Positions 1-9,281 of a DNA stretch of 27,666 nucleotides are shown here, one piece after another. The notes beneath the pieces are model-generated. The model saw only the letters and a list, made by a program, of their open reading frames with translations. It was not told the origin of the DNA and made no database searches. This stretch comes from Candidatus Latescibacterota bacterium (GTDB lineage: Bacteria > Latescibacterota > UBA2968 > UBA8231), in the NCBI GenBank assembly GCA_965205655.1, contig CBDBIJ010000119.1, forward strand, positions 1 to 27,666, in the 5' to 3' direction. Numbering within the stretch: the first letter of the stretch is position 1; every line of letters begins with the position of its first letter. The translations under genes were made by a program, and so were the position numbers.

Positions 1-349
1 AGCGCACCGTCCACTGGGTTTTGTCCTCCGGCTTGGTCTTCAGTGTCTTGTATACCACCTCGGCCACTTGTTCGTCCGAGATCGATCGGGGCGCACCGGG
101 TCGCAGCTCGTCGTACAACCCGTTGAGGCCGTTTTCCACGAAGCGACGACGCCACTTGCCGACGGTCACTTGTGACAGCCCCACAGCTTCGCCGATGGCC
201 TTGTTGGGCCATCCCTCGGCGGCCAGCAACACGATCTCGGCGCGTCGCACCAAACCGTGCGGCAGGGATCGAGATTTGGCCATTGATTCCAATTGCTGCC
301 GAGTTTGCCCCGTCATTTCGAGAGGTGGAAGAAAGCGTCCGCGTGGCAT
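1..349 (-). CDS. IS630-family transposase, N-terminal HTH part
   Basis: Manual translation MPRGRFLPPLEMTGQTRQQLESMAKSRSLPHGLVRRAEIVLLAAEGWPNKAIGEAVGLSQVTVGKWRRRFVENGLNGLYDELRPGAPRSISDEQV...QWTVR; GGAGG RBS upstream. Absent from ORF track because it runs off the window. Confidence 0.9.
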   Translation of the reverse strand, partial: MPRGRFLPPLEMTGQTRQQLESMAKSRSLPHGLVRRAEIVLLAAEGWPNKAIGEAVGLSQVTVGKWRRRFVENGLNGLYDELRPGAPRSISDEQVAEVVYKTLKTKPEDKTQWTVR

Positions 350-441
350 GAGTTTCCTCCGTTCCTTGTTTGTGGAATAGGTCTGGATGAAACTTAACCA
401 CACAACATGTATTAGTACAAGTTATTTGTACGACAATACAC
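1..441 (-). mobile_element. IS630-family element, left end and 5' part (runs off window)
   Basis: Transposase start at 349; element ends at CTAG 441-444 (TA target typical of IS630). The uninterrupted CTAG site is visible in the second copy of the flanking repeat at 5337-5340. Confidence 0.85.
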
Positions 442-555
442 TAGGTCTACCGACCACTACAGCAATCCGACCCACCGGCACGCTCAAAACATTTCTCGAC
501 AGGCCCGCATCTTCGGCGCATACGTAACAATACGTCCCTTATCTGTCCTATCCTC
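441..555 (+). repeat. ~115-bp direct repeat copy 1 (IS91/ISCR-like downstream end)
   Basis: Near-identical to 5337-5403 plus 6841-6887 (CTAGGTCTAC...TTATCTGTCCTATCCTC); copy 2 lies downstream of an IS91-like transposase C-terminus. Confidence 0.85.
496..524 (+). promoter_or_regulatory. Possible outward-facing sigma70 promoter in the repeat
   Basis: TCGACA (496-501), 17-bp spacer, CATACG (519-524); copy 2 has CATACT at 6852-6857. Confidence 0.35.
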
Positions 556-661
556 GGCGGGCTGGAACCCCTGGAAGTGTATCAGGTCGGGGGGGGACCG
601 GCGTGGCTGGAGTTCGTCGAGTGTGATGCGTGATCCCCGAGACGATCGACGATCTCCCAAC

Positions 662-1586
662 ATGGAAACGACAACCTTCGGAAAGACCGGGCTAGAAGTA
701 AGCCGCCTCGGCATCGGGCTGGGTGAGATCGGTTACAACCTGACACGAGACGACGAGGAGCAGGCGGCGCGAATCATAAACTCGGCGCTCGATGCCGGCA
801 TCAACTTCCTCGACACCGCGGCCTGCTATGGCATCAGCGAAGAGCTAGTCGGCAAGACGGTGTCGCATCGCCGCAGCGAGTTCGTGCTGGCGACCAAGGC
901 AGGTCACTACCTACCTCGCAGGCAGGGCGAGGACTGGACTTACGACGTGGTCGCGGAAAGCATTGATCGCAGCCTGCGGCTGATGAACACGGACTACCTG
1001 GATGTTGTGCAGTTGCACTCCTGCACCGTCGACGTGCTCGAACGGGGGCGACGTCACGCGGTCGCTGCAGGACGCCAAAGCCGCCGGGAAGACGCGTTTC
1101 ATGGGCTACTCGGGCGACAACGAGGGCGCCGAATGGGCGGTCGACAGTGGACAGTTCGACACCCTACAAAGCTCGTTCAACCTGGTAGACCAGGGAGCAC
1201 GCCGGAAAATCCTTCCGGCTGCGGAGGCAAGAGGCATGGGCATCATCATCAAACGACCCATCGCCAACGCCGTCTGGGGCGCCGGGCACGTTCCCAGACC
1301 GTATGCACACATCCCCGAATACACGGCCGACTACTATCGCCGCGCTAAAGCACTTCAGTCGGAAGGACCGCTTCCGAAAGAGCCGGACGACCGCATCCTG
1401 CTGGCGATGGGATTCACTTTCAGCCATCCCGAGGTGGATGTGGCGATCATCGGCACGCAGCGGCCCGAGCATATGCTGTCGAACATCGATCTGGTGTTGA
1501 ACCGTCTCCCGATCGCATCGGAAACGGTCGAAGCGCTGCACGATCGCTACGACCGTCAGGAAGAGAACTGGGTTCAGTGCGGCTAG
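662..1586 (+). pseudogene. Aldo/keto reductase, one frameshift (possibly sequencing error)
   Basis: METTTFGKTGLEVSRLGIG...GINFLDTAACYG.SEELVG...VLATK...SLRLMNTDYLDVVQLH, then shift at the G run near 1044-1048 into GKTRFMGYSG...LQSSFNLVDQ...GIIIKRPIAN. Confidence 0.88.
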
Positions 1587-1654
1587 TTGGCCTGCGTCGC
1601 TGAAGCGCGCTTTGCCCGAGCGTCGCGAACAACTGGAATGAAGGAAAGGCCGCG

Positions 1655-2241
1655 ATGAAACAAGAGGATTACGATTTCTTCAAAGAGAACGGCTACCTCG
1701 TGCTCGAAGAGATCCTAAGCGACGACGACGTGGGATGGACCCCGTCGGACGCCGCTGGCATCGCGACGGAGGACAGCGACTCATGTGGCCGGAACATCCG
1801 CTGCGCATCGGCTATATGAGGTTGCAGCTCTACCTGACCGACGTGACCCATACAACCCATAGCTTCGCCATTTCGCCCGAATCGATCGATCAAGAAATTC
1901 TGAATAAGGAATCTCAAGTTGAGCGGGGCGGAATCCACGATCTGTACGGCCGTGCGGGTACGGCGGTAATGTTCAACATATCATGCTTACATACGGTCTG
2001 TATCCGCCCGACACAGGCCGAACGAAAAACCGTTGGGATCTACTATGGGCACCGGCACCGGGAGTACCATAGCGATAATACTTACATACCCACCTCCTTG
2101 TGGCGGGACCATCCGGACGAGGAAGTTCGTGGATTCTACGGTGTTCTCAACGGCATGACCCGAAAATATCTGGAGCACATGGCCGGGCGCGACGAGGTTC
2201 CCGTGAATGAGGCGCTCGAAATTCTGGCAGACATGAAATAG
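1655..2241 (+). pseudogene. Phytanoyl-CoA dioxygenase (PhyH)-like 2OG-Fe(II) oxygenase with internal deletion
   Basis: MKQEDYDFFKENGYLVLEEILSDDDV joined out of frame near 1730 to WHRD...LQLYLTDV...AGTAVMFNISCLH (HxD...H triad). Confidence 0.75.
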
Positions 2242-2259
2242 ACGACGGAGGAAGAGATC

Positions 2260-2759
2260 ATGGGAGCAGATTCGAATAAGATCCGCGTGAGCGGCGAGAA
2301 CTCGTTCCTGCGCCTTGGCGAGTCCGAAGATGCCGATCCGACCGCCGAGATGAGTCACTGGCGCGCTGGTTCCAGGAAGGCGTCCAGGCCTCCATGCGAG
2401 ACACCTACTCGGGTGACATTCCCATCATCGACGCCGAATTCTCGAAAAGCGGTGATATGCTGACCACCTGGGTCGAATACGTGGCCTCGCGGGATGAGGA
2501 CTTCGTCATGGCCTGGTACGACTTCATGGCTCCAGTCCAGGTCGCCAATTAGCCATTCGAGAATCCAGACCAGCCTCACGGCGTCTACAGCCTGTTGATC
2601 CCCGCCAGGCACGCCCAGTTGACGATCAATGGGGAAACCGTTCCGGGACGCGTCCTTCCCAGAGATCTGTTCGGCAAGGAGGGAACCAGCTGTTGTCTGG
2701 CGCTCTCGGAGACATGGACGATTCCGCCCGATCACGAGTGGGCGGAGGATGCGATCTGA
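2260..2759 (+). pseudogene. Hypothetical protein, disrupted
   Basis: GGAGG RBS, MGADSNKIRVSGENSFLRL...SHWR, then a different frame ...FSKSGDMLTTWVEYV...VAN*PFENPDQPHGVYSLLIPARHAQLTING...CCLALSETW...EDAI*. Confidence 0.55.
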
Positions 2760-2775
2760 ATAACGGACGGCAAAA

Positions 2776-2853
2776 ATGAACGAAGTAGAGCTGTACGAAT
2801 TCGACAGGCAAGGGTACATCATCATCGAGGATCTGCTGACAGACTACGTATGA
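2776..2853 (+). pseudogene. 25-aa N-terminal stub of a PhyH-like gene
   Basis: MNEVELYEFDRQGYIIIEDLLTDYV*, matching the FxxxGYxxxxxxL start of PhyH proteins; stop overlaps the NUDIX start (ATGA). Confidence 0.6.
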
Positions 2854-3275
2854 CATCGAAGCAACATACCCGCGTCGCAGCCTACGCACTCGTCCTACAT
2901 GGCAGTTGCCTTGCTCTATGTCGCATTTCGAGCCGTTTGCCGGACATTGAGGGGCAATGGACGCTGCCGGGCGGTGGCGTCGAGTTCGGCGAAGATCCGG
3001 CCGACGCCGTGGTTCGCGAGGTGCGCGAGGAGACAGGTCTAAACGTCCGCCCGGTCAACGTTGCCGGAATTGACTCCAATCTTATTCACCTCGACGGCAA
3101 TTCGTATCACGGGATCCGAATCATTTACCACGTGGACCTATTGTCCGGTGAGCTGAGAAACGAAATTGATGGAACGACCGATCAAAGTGCCTGGGTTACG
3201 CACGACCAGGCGAAAGACCTGCCACTCGTGGAGCTCGTCGAGGTCGGTTTGAACTTGGCGTTCCCTCATGTCTGA
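2850..3275 (+). CDS. NUDIX hydrolase
   Basis: Nudix box WTLPGGGVEFGEDPADAVVREVREETGL. Confidence 0.92.
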   Translation: MTSKQHTRVAAYALVLHGSCLALCRISSRLPDIEGQWTLPGGGVEFGEDPADAVVREVREETGLNVRPVNVAGIDSNLIHLDGNSYHGIRIIYHVDLLSGELRNEIDGTTDQSAWVTHDQAKDLPLVELVEVGLNLAFPHV

Positions 3276-3289
3276 TTGACGGATAACAG

Positions 3290-4199
3290 ATGGGTAACCC
3301 GAAGACCCAGGAATGGGACATCTCGACAGCCGCCCAGCTGACTGACCTCTACAATGGCCTCGTCTCGGACGTTCCATACGAACGCCACGTCACCGAGGCG
3401 GGCTTCCTGGCCTCCGTCACGGAACCTGTGGCTGATCTGGAGCGACAGATCATGATTGTCGCGATCGCAGCCGGCCAACCGAAGGGATATGCCCATATAG
3501 GAGTGGCAGCTGATCGCGACGATGGAAGATTTGGCGTCATTCGCTCCTTGGCGTTCCCTCGCGCTCATCGCGGTATCGGGCAAGCGCTCATGGATAATGT
3601 CCAGGACTACCTGTCACGGCTGTCCGTTCACAGCTGCCTGGTGGGCCACCCGGAAGTTTGGCTATTCCTGCTCGTGGCATCGTGCCCTCAAGAGCTCCTG
3701 GGAGCACATCTATGCACTGTTGGGAAGCAATGGATACCAGTCGGTGGAAGGCGGATGGGGGGGATTGGTGGCTGCCTTGAGCAGCTACGAGATGCCCGAG
3801 CCCATTCTGCCAGACGAAGCACTCGACGTCGAGTTGAGCAACACGCCCATGTTCCCTGGATCATTTACCGGCGGATCGCTTCCCACGGTCGTACTACGTG
3901 TGTCCCATCGTGGTGAGCAAGTCGGCTTCAGCGAAACGCGTCCGTACGCCATGTCGTGCTGGGTCGACGAATCAGAGGATACATGCTTTACGCGGGCGAT
4001 AGAGGTCAAGGAAAGCGAGCGCGGCAGAGGCATCGGCCGCTATCTCATGGGACGATCCCTTTTCGAAATGCAGAAGTATGGTTGTCGCCATGCCATTCTG
4101 AACACCCAATCCACCAACTTTCCAGCCCTTATGCTATACGTCAGTATGGGCTATCGCATCGTTTACAGAATGTGCAATATGTTAAAAGATCCGCTGTGA
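3290..4199 (+). pseudogene. Tandem-domain GNAT acetyltransferase, frameshifted near 3640-3660
   Basis: Two acetyl-CoA motifs in different frames: FPRAHRGIGQALM and VKESERGRGIGRYLM...NFPALMLYVSMGY. Confidence 0.8.
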
Positions 4200-4245
4200 A
4201 GGACCTGCTGGTCCATCCCAGTCTCATCACACAAAGGAGCCCCCC

Positions 4246-4722
4246 ATGCCCATCTTCGCCCTATTTGCTGCCATCGCTTTGACCTTCGCAGCCCAACCCG
4301 TCTGCGCCGGCGAAAAAATCGAGTTCCGCTCCATCCACACCAACGTGGTCACCGGGATCGACACCGTCCACATAGGCGACGAAGACGGCCACATCCTCGC
4401 GCTGCTAAAAGCCAGCGGCGTCGGCGTCCGTCAGCAAGGCCCCGCCGAACCCTCCTACAGAATCGAAATTTGGGGCAAGGGCGATTACAGAGCCGACGGC
4501 ACCGGCAAAGACCACGGCTACGGTAAATTCATCTTCTCCGACGGCTCCTCCTACTACGAAGAGTGGGAGGGCACCCTCGCAGACGGCCGCTCCACCGGCA
4601 CCGCCGTCTACTACAACGGAACCGGCCGCTTCACAGGCATGAAAGGCGGCAGCAAATTCGACTGCACGGCCTTGGGCGACCGCTTCGTCTGCGAGGTAGA
4701 CGGCGTTTTGGAACTACCCTGA
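4246..4722 (+). CDS. Secreted hypothetical protein (beta-rich)
   Basis: AAGGAG RBS, signal peptide ending PVCA, strong GC3 codon bias, GTGRFTGMKGG motif. Confidence 0.75.
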   Translation: MPIFALFAAIALTFAAQPVCAGEKIEFRSIHTNVVTGIDTVHIGDEDGHILALLKASGVGVRQQGPAEPSYRIEIWGKGDYRADGTGKDHGYGKFIFSDGSSYYEEWEGTLADGRSTGTAVYYNGTGRFTGMKGGSKFDCTALGDRFVCEVDGVLELP

Positions 4723-4780
4723 TCTGCTACTGACGGATCACGAGAATCTCACCGCAGCAACATCGTACATAGGAGCAATC

Positions 4781-5072
4781 ATGATGAGCGACATAATCTA
4801 CGAGGACAAGTGGGGCGAGATCATCGACCGGCCATCCTCAGAGTTGGTCGAAATCCGCTGGTATGACACGACAGCGGAAATGACTGGTGACGAGTTCAAC
4901 AGCTTGCTAGCTACTTTTGCGGGCTGCGTGGAGACGAAAAAGCGTCGCGGTTGTCTCGTTGATTCCGTTCAGTTCAAAATGCCGATGGACAGAATGAATT
5001 CGAGTTGGCGCGACGAAAACATCATCCCGAGGTACAACGCTGCGGGCGTCGCGAAATTCGCTTTTGTCATGC
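4781..5072 (+). pseudogene. Hypothetical protein, probably 3'-truncated by IS91-like remnant
   Basis: AGGAG RBS; MSDIIYEDKWGEII...IIPRYNAAGVAKFAFVMP then runs into transposase-like sequence. Confidence 0.6.
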
Positions 5073-5403
5073 CCGCTCACCCAATGCCAGGAATGTGGCG
5101 GGCCCATGCGCATCGTCGCCATGCTCACTGACCCAACTTCAGTTCGGGGTTACCTCGAAGGGGTCGCACTGCCCGCCCGGCCGCCACCAATCGCACCACC
5201 CACGGCTCACCGCAACAAGAGCTCGAATTCGCCGCCTGAATTTCCCACCACCGAATAACTACGCCTGTAGCGCCACAATCCACCCGCTGATCAACTCCCG
5301 CAGCTGACAAACCAACAGAAAACTGCAGTCTCATACCTAGGTCTACTGACCACTACAGCCATCCGACCCACCGGCACGCTCAAAACATTTCTCGACAGGC
5401 CCG

Positions 5404-6832
5404 GGTCAAGGCCCAGTTTCAGTTGAAACAAATCACAGGCTCGGGTGAGTGTGTCAGCCCATCATCGCGAGCTGTTTGATGCCGAGTTCGGCTTGTATGG
5501 CTTGCCGGAGCATCGGCAGATGGCGATAGCCCTTGACCCTGCGCAGACGTGGTTCGATGTCGAGCAGTGCCGTGGCTACCCAACGGTGACGCTGTGATGA
5601 GTTGGTCCAGCGTCGCACGTTGTGTGTGAGCTGCTCCAGGAGACTGTTGACGTTCTCGATGCAGTTGGTGGTGCGGAAGGAATCCTTGAGCATCGGCGTC
5701 AGTCCCAACCGATGGAGTGTGAGGGTCTCTTCCATGCCTTCCTCGAGGCTGTGTAGGGCGGACTGATTCATCAACTTCAAGCCCGGTTTGAGCGCGTCCA
5801 GTGCCGCCTTGGCCGCCTCGTATCTCGGTTTGCCGTAGGCCGCCTCCATCTTGCGACCCATACCGGACTGCTCGCTTTTGGACAGATACGACACGACGTT
5901 CTGGCGCTTGTGATACTGGCAGCGCTGCACGCAGGCATGTCCTTTGAGCACCGACATCACCGCCTTGTAAAGCCCCTTGGCGCCGTCGATGACGACCAAC
6001 AGTCCGGCTTCGTACTGCATACCGCGTTCGACCAGATCGGACAGGAAGCGACGGCAGACGCGCTCGTTTTCCGTGGCCGCCTGCACGAAGCCAAGAGGAA
6101 TCTTCTGTCCGTCGAGGGTGACGCCCAGGGCGATGATGATCTCCTCGTCCGCGAAGCTCTTGCCGTCGAGGAATAGCGCCACCAGATCATATCCTTCCAG
6201 GGATCGCTCCTGGAATTCAGCCAGCTTTCGAGCCGTGCCTTTCACGTAACGACGGGACACCGATGAGGATGACAGACCAAAGGCCTCGGGTACGGCCTCA
6301 GCGCAGGCCTCGTAGTTGCGCGTGGCGATGCCCTTCAGCATCCGCAACAGCAGACCTTCGTCCATCTGTCGAGGCGTCTGCAGTGCCTGGTAAACATCCA
6401 GCGGGACCTCGGTATGGTTGGCCACGTTGCGCACCCGCGGCACATCGACGGGTAGTTTCTGGTCGGCCAGGTACACCGACCCGAGCTGAGACCCCCAGCG
6501 GCGTAACGGCTGATCCGACCCCTTGCGCTGATACCGCGGCCCAGCCAACTCAACGACCGCTCTTTGCAGCTCCTCCGCGACCGCCTGCAGCCCCAAGGGA
6601 ATCAGCCATTGGATCGCCTCGATCCGGCCATCCAGGTCCTCTACTTGCTCTGCAGTCTCGGGTGCTACCTTGCCGATGCTCACCGTTCGTTTGACGCCCT
6701 TCTTCCGTGCTACTAGCTTGCTCATTGCAGGCTCCCCATCGTTACCGATGCGAGACTTCTTCCAACGGGCTTCTCGTATCAAAACGTAACGATTGGAGCC
6801 TGTGCTGTTTCAACTAAGATCGGGACAAAGCG
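5404..6832 (-). mobile_element. IS256-family element type A, complete
   Basis: Imperfect 27-bp IRs (GGTCAAGGCCCAGTTTCAGTTGAAACA / CGCTTTGTCCCGATCTTAGTTGAAACA); 8-bp target duplication CAGGCCCG at 5396-5403 and 6833-6840. Confidence 0.92.
5454..6725 (-). CDS. IS256-family (mutator-type) DDE transposase
   Basis: LFLDG, VIDGAKGL, QRCQYHK, TTNCIE motifs; likely start MSKLVARKK after GGGGAG. Confidence 0.92.
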   Translation of the reverse strand: MSKLVARKKGVKRTVSIGKVAPETAEQVEDLDGRIEAIQWLIPLGLQAVAEELQRAVVELAGPRYQRKGSDQPLRRWGSQLGSVYLADQKLPVDVPRVRNVANHTEVPLDVYQALQTPRQMDEGLLLRMLKGIATRNYEACAEAVPEAFGLSSSSVSRRYVKGTARKLAEFQERSLEGYDLVALFLDGKSFADEEIIIALGVTLDGQKIPLGFVQAATENERVCRRFLSDLVERGMQYEAGLLVVIDGAKGLYKAVMSVLKGHACVQRCQYHKRQNVVSYLSKSEQSGMGRKMEAAYGKPRYEAAKAALDALKPGLKLMNQSALHSLEEGMEETLTLHRLGLTPMLKDSFRTTNCIENVNSLLEQLTHNVRRWTNSSQRHRWVATALLDIEPRLRRVKGYRHLPMLRQAIQAELGIKQLAMMG

Positions 6833-7100
6833 CAGGCCCGCATCTTCGGCGCATACTAATAATACGTCCCTTATCTGTCCTATCCTCCTATCCTCGTTGG
6901 TTGAGTCAAGAATTGTGGGAGGTGCTTACCCGGTGATGGTGGCGATAGGCGGATACGGTCTGCCGAATTTGTTCGGATTCACCGTTCCGTTATTCTTCGG
7001 TGTAGGACGTCAATGGGAATATCCAGTGAAAGGACGAACCACGGGCAGCGAATCTGCAACGGTTCCGGTGAAACTGTAAATTTGAAAGCAGGCGAGTGAT

Positions 7101-7891
7101 ATGAACTATCGACCGTTTGGGAACACAGGCTTGGAGGTTTCGGAGATTGGGCTGGGTGCCTATCCAATATCGGGCATGCTGAAGCGGGGAAGACGGCTCC
7201 ATGTCCGGCTGGAGCGGAACCTCAGACGTCGAATCGATTTCGATGATTCATCGGGCTGAGGAGCTGGGTGTCAACCTGATCGATACTGCGGAACGTTCTG
7301 GGAGAGGCCATGTGAAATCCTGATTGGAACGGCGCTCCAAAACCGGCGTGACAAATGGATCGTAGCGACGAAGGTGGCGCCGAATTAAGGTTTGGAACAA
7401 GATGTGCCGGACGAAGCAGCGGCAAGGAAGCGGATCCGTGAGGCTTGCGAAGGGAGCCTGAAACGGTTGGGGATGGAGACGATTGATCTGTATCAGCTCC
7501 ATTCAATTCCGCACGAATGGGCAATGCCGGTGGTGATGGCCGAGCTTGCCAAGCTGAAGGAGGAGGGCAAGGTAGGTTTCTATGGGATTTCGAAGAACAA
7601 CCAGGAAGCGATTGAGAAGTTGCGTGGGTTCGGACCGATCGAGGTTCTACAGATTGGTTACAATTTGCTGGAACGGAGCGCGGACGCGCTACTGCACTGG
7701 GCGAGGCAGGAGAATATCGGCACGCTGATCCGTGTCCCATTGGCAAAAGGCATGCTCACGGGCAAATATTTCGGGGAAAATGCGGAGAAGTTGCCCGAAG
7801 GCGACTTGCGCCAGGAGCGGTTTCTACAACCGGAGGCACAGGACAGCTTCAAGAAATTGCCGCAGCTCGCGTTCCTGTGAGAACGAACAGC
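7101..7891 (+). pseudogene. Aldo/keto reductase pseudogene, truncated by IS
   Basis: MNYRPFGNTGLEVSEIGLG...GVNLIDTAE...WIVATK...SLKRLGMETIDLYQLH...LQIGYNLL...PLAKGMLTGKY; frameshifts, in-frame TAA near 7386 and TGA at 7878-7880. Confidence 0.88.
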
Positions 7892-9192
7892 GGCATGGTC
7901 CCGATCTTAGTTGAAACAGCACAGGCTCCCCATCGTTACCCTCTTACGAGAAATCCTGGAAAGAATCTCGTGTGGGTAACAAGAAAGGAGCCTGCAATGG
8001 GCAAGCTATCAGCACGAAAGAAGCGCCTCAAACGCACGGTTGAAATCGGCACCGTGGATCCAGCGGCAGGAGCTGTGGCAGAGGATCTGGATGCTAGAAT
8101 CGAGGCGATCCAGCTGCTGGTCCCTCTCGGGACTGGAGGCGGTGGCCGAAGAGCTGCAGAGGGCGGTCATGGAATTGGCCGGGCGCCGGTATCAACGCAA
8201 GGAGTCAGATCAGCCGTACCGTCGCTGGGGCTCTCAGCGGGGATCGGTATATCTGGGTGATCAGAAGGTACCCGTAGAGGTGCCCCGGGTACGCAACGTC
8301 GACAGCGACACGGAGGTCGCGCTGGACGCCTACCAGGCCCTGCAGACGCCCCGGAAAATGGACGAAGGACTGCTGCAGAAGGTGTTGAAGGGTATCGCCA
8401 CTCGCAACTACGAGGACTGCGCCGAGACCGTACCGGAGACGTTCGGCCTGTCACGCTCGTCGGTCTCCCGTCGCTACGTGAAGGGCACGGCTCGCAGCTG
8501 GCCGAATTCCAGGAGCGCTCCCTGGAAGGCTACGACCTGGTGGCGCTGTTTCTCGACGGCAAGAGCTTCGCGGACGAAGAGCTCATCATCGCTCTGGGCG
8601 TCACCCTTGACGGGCACAAGATCCCGCTGGGTTTCGTGGAGGCCGCCACCGAGAACGAGCGCGTCTGTCGCCGCTTCCTGGCCGACTTGGTCGACAGGGG
8701 CCTGCAATACGAGGCCGGGTTGCTGGTGTTGATCGACGGCGCCAAGGGCCTCTACAAGGCGGTAATGTCGGTGCTGAAGGGCCATGCCTGTGTGCAGCGC
8801 TGCCAGTATCACAAGCGCAAGAACGTCGTGTCGTACCTGCCGAAAAGTGAACAGGCCCGAGTCCGTCGCAAGATTGAGGCGGCCTACAATAAGCCCACCT
8901 ACGAAGAGGCGAAGGCGACCCTGAAAGCGCTCAAGCCCGGTCTGAAACTGATGAACCAATCTGCTCTGAAGAGCCTCGAGGAAGGCCTGGAAGAAACCCT
9001 GACGCGTCACCGCTGGGCAGCCACGGCGCTGCTCGACATCGAGGACCGACTGCGCAGAGTCAAGGGCTACCACCACCTGTCAACGCTCCGTCAAGCTCTT
9101 CAAACCGAGCTCGGCATCAAACAGCTCGCGATGACGGGCTGAGAACATCACCCGAGCCTGTGCTCTGTTTCAACTGAAAATGGGACTTGACC
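7892..9192 (+). mobile_element. IS256-family element type B, internally deleted copy
   Basis: IRs GGCATGGTCCCGATCTTAGTTGAAACA and TGTTTCAACTGAAAATGGGACTTGACC; near-identical to 14654-16080 but 126 bp shorter; no target duplication. Confidence 0.92.
7997..9142 (+). pseudogene. IS256 transposase pseudogene
   Basis: +1 near 8130, -1 near 8496, and a 42-codon in-frame deletion (LEETLT joined to RHRW) removing TTNCIE. Confidence 0.9.
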
Positions 9193-9281
9193 CTTCATAG
9201 GGGCTGTCTCTGGTTACGATCCTTCGATAAACCTCTACGGCCTCTTTACGGCGTCCCGCTTACTCCCATGGAGCTGACCTG

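Larger units (their letters stand above)
5073..6895 (+). mobile_element. IS91/ISCR-like remnant: transposase C-terminus and downstream end, interrupted by IS256
   Basis: QCQECGGPMRIVAMLTDPTSVRGYLEGVALPARPPPIAPP...QQELEFAA* (stop 5237-5239) resembles the CxxCGGxMRIIAxIxD...PP C-terminus of IS91/ISCR-type transposases; end motif TCCTATCC resembles ISCR oriIS ends. Confidence 0.65.

Noticed and set aside
21..380. 119-aa plus-strand ORF
   Set aside because: Antisense to the IS630 transposase.
662..5072. Integron cassette array (short co-oriented NUDIX/GNAT/hypothetical genes)
   Set aside because: No attC-like RYYYAAC...GTTRRRY palindromes seen, intergenic gaps are short and unrelated, and no integrase in the window.
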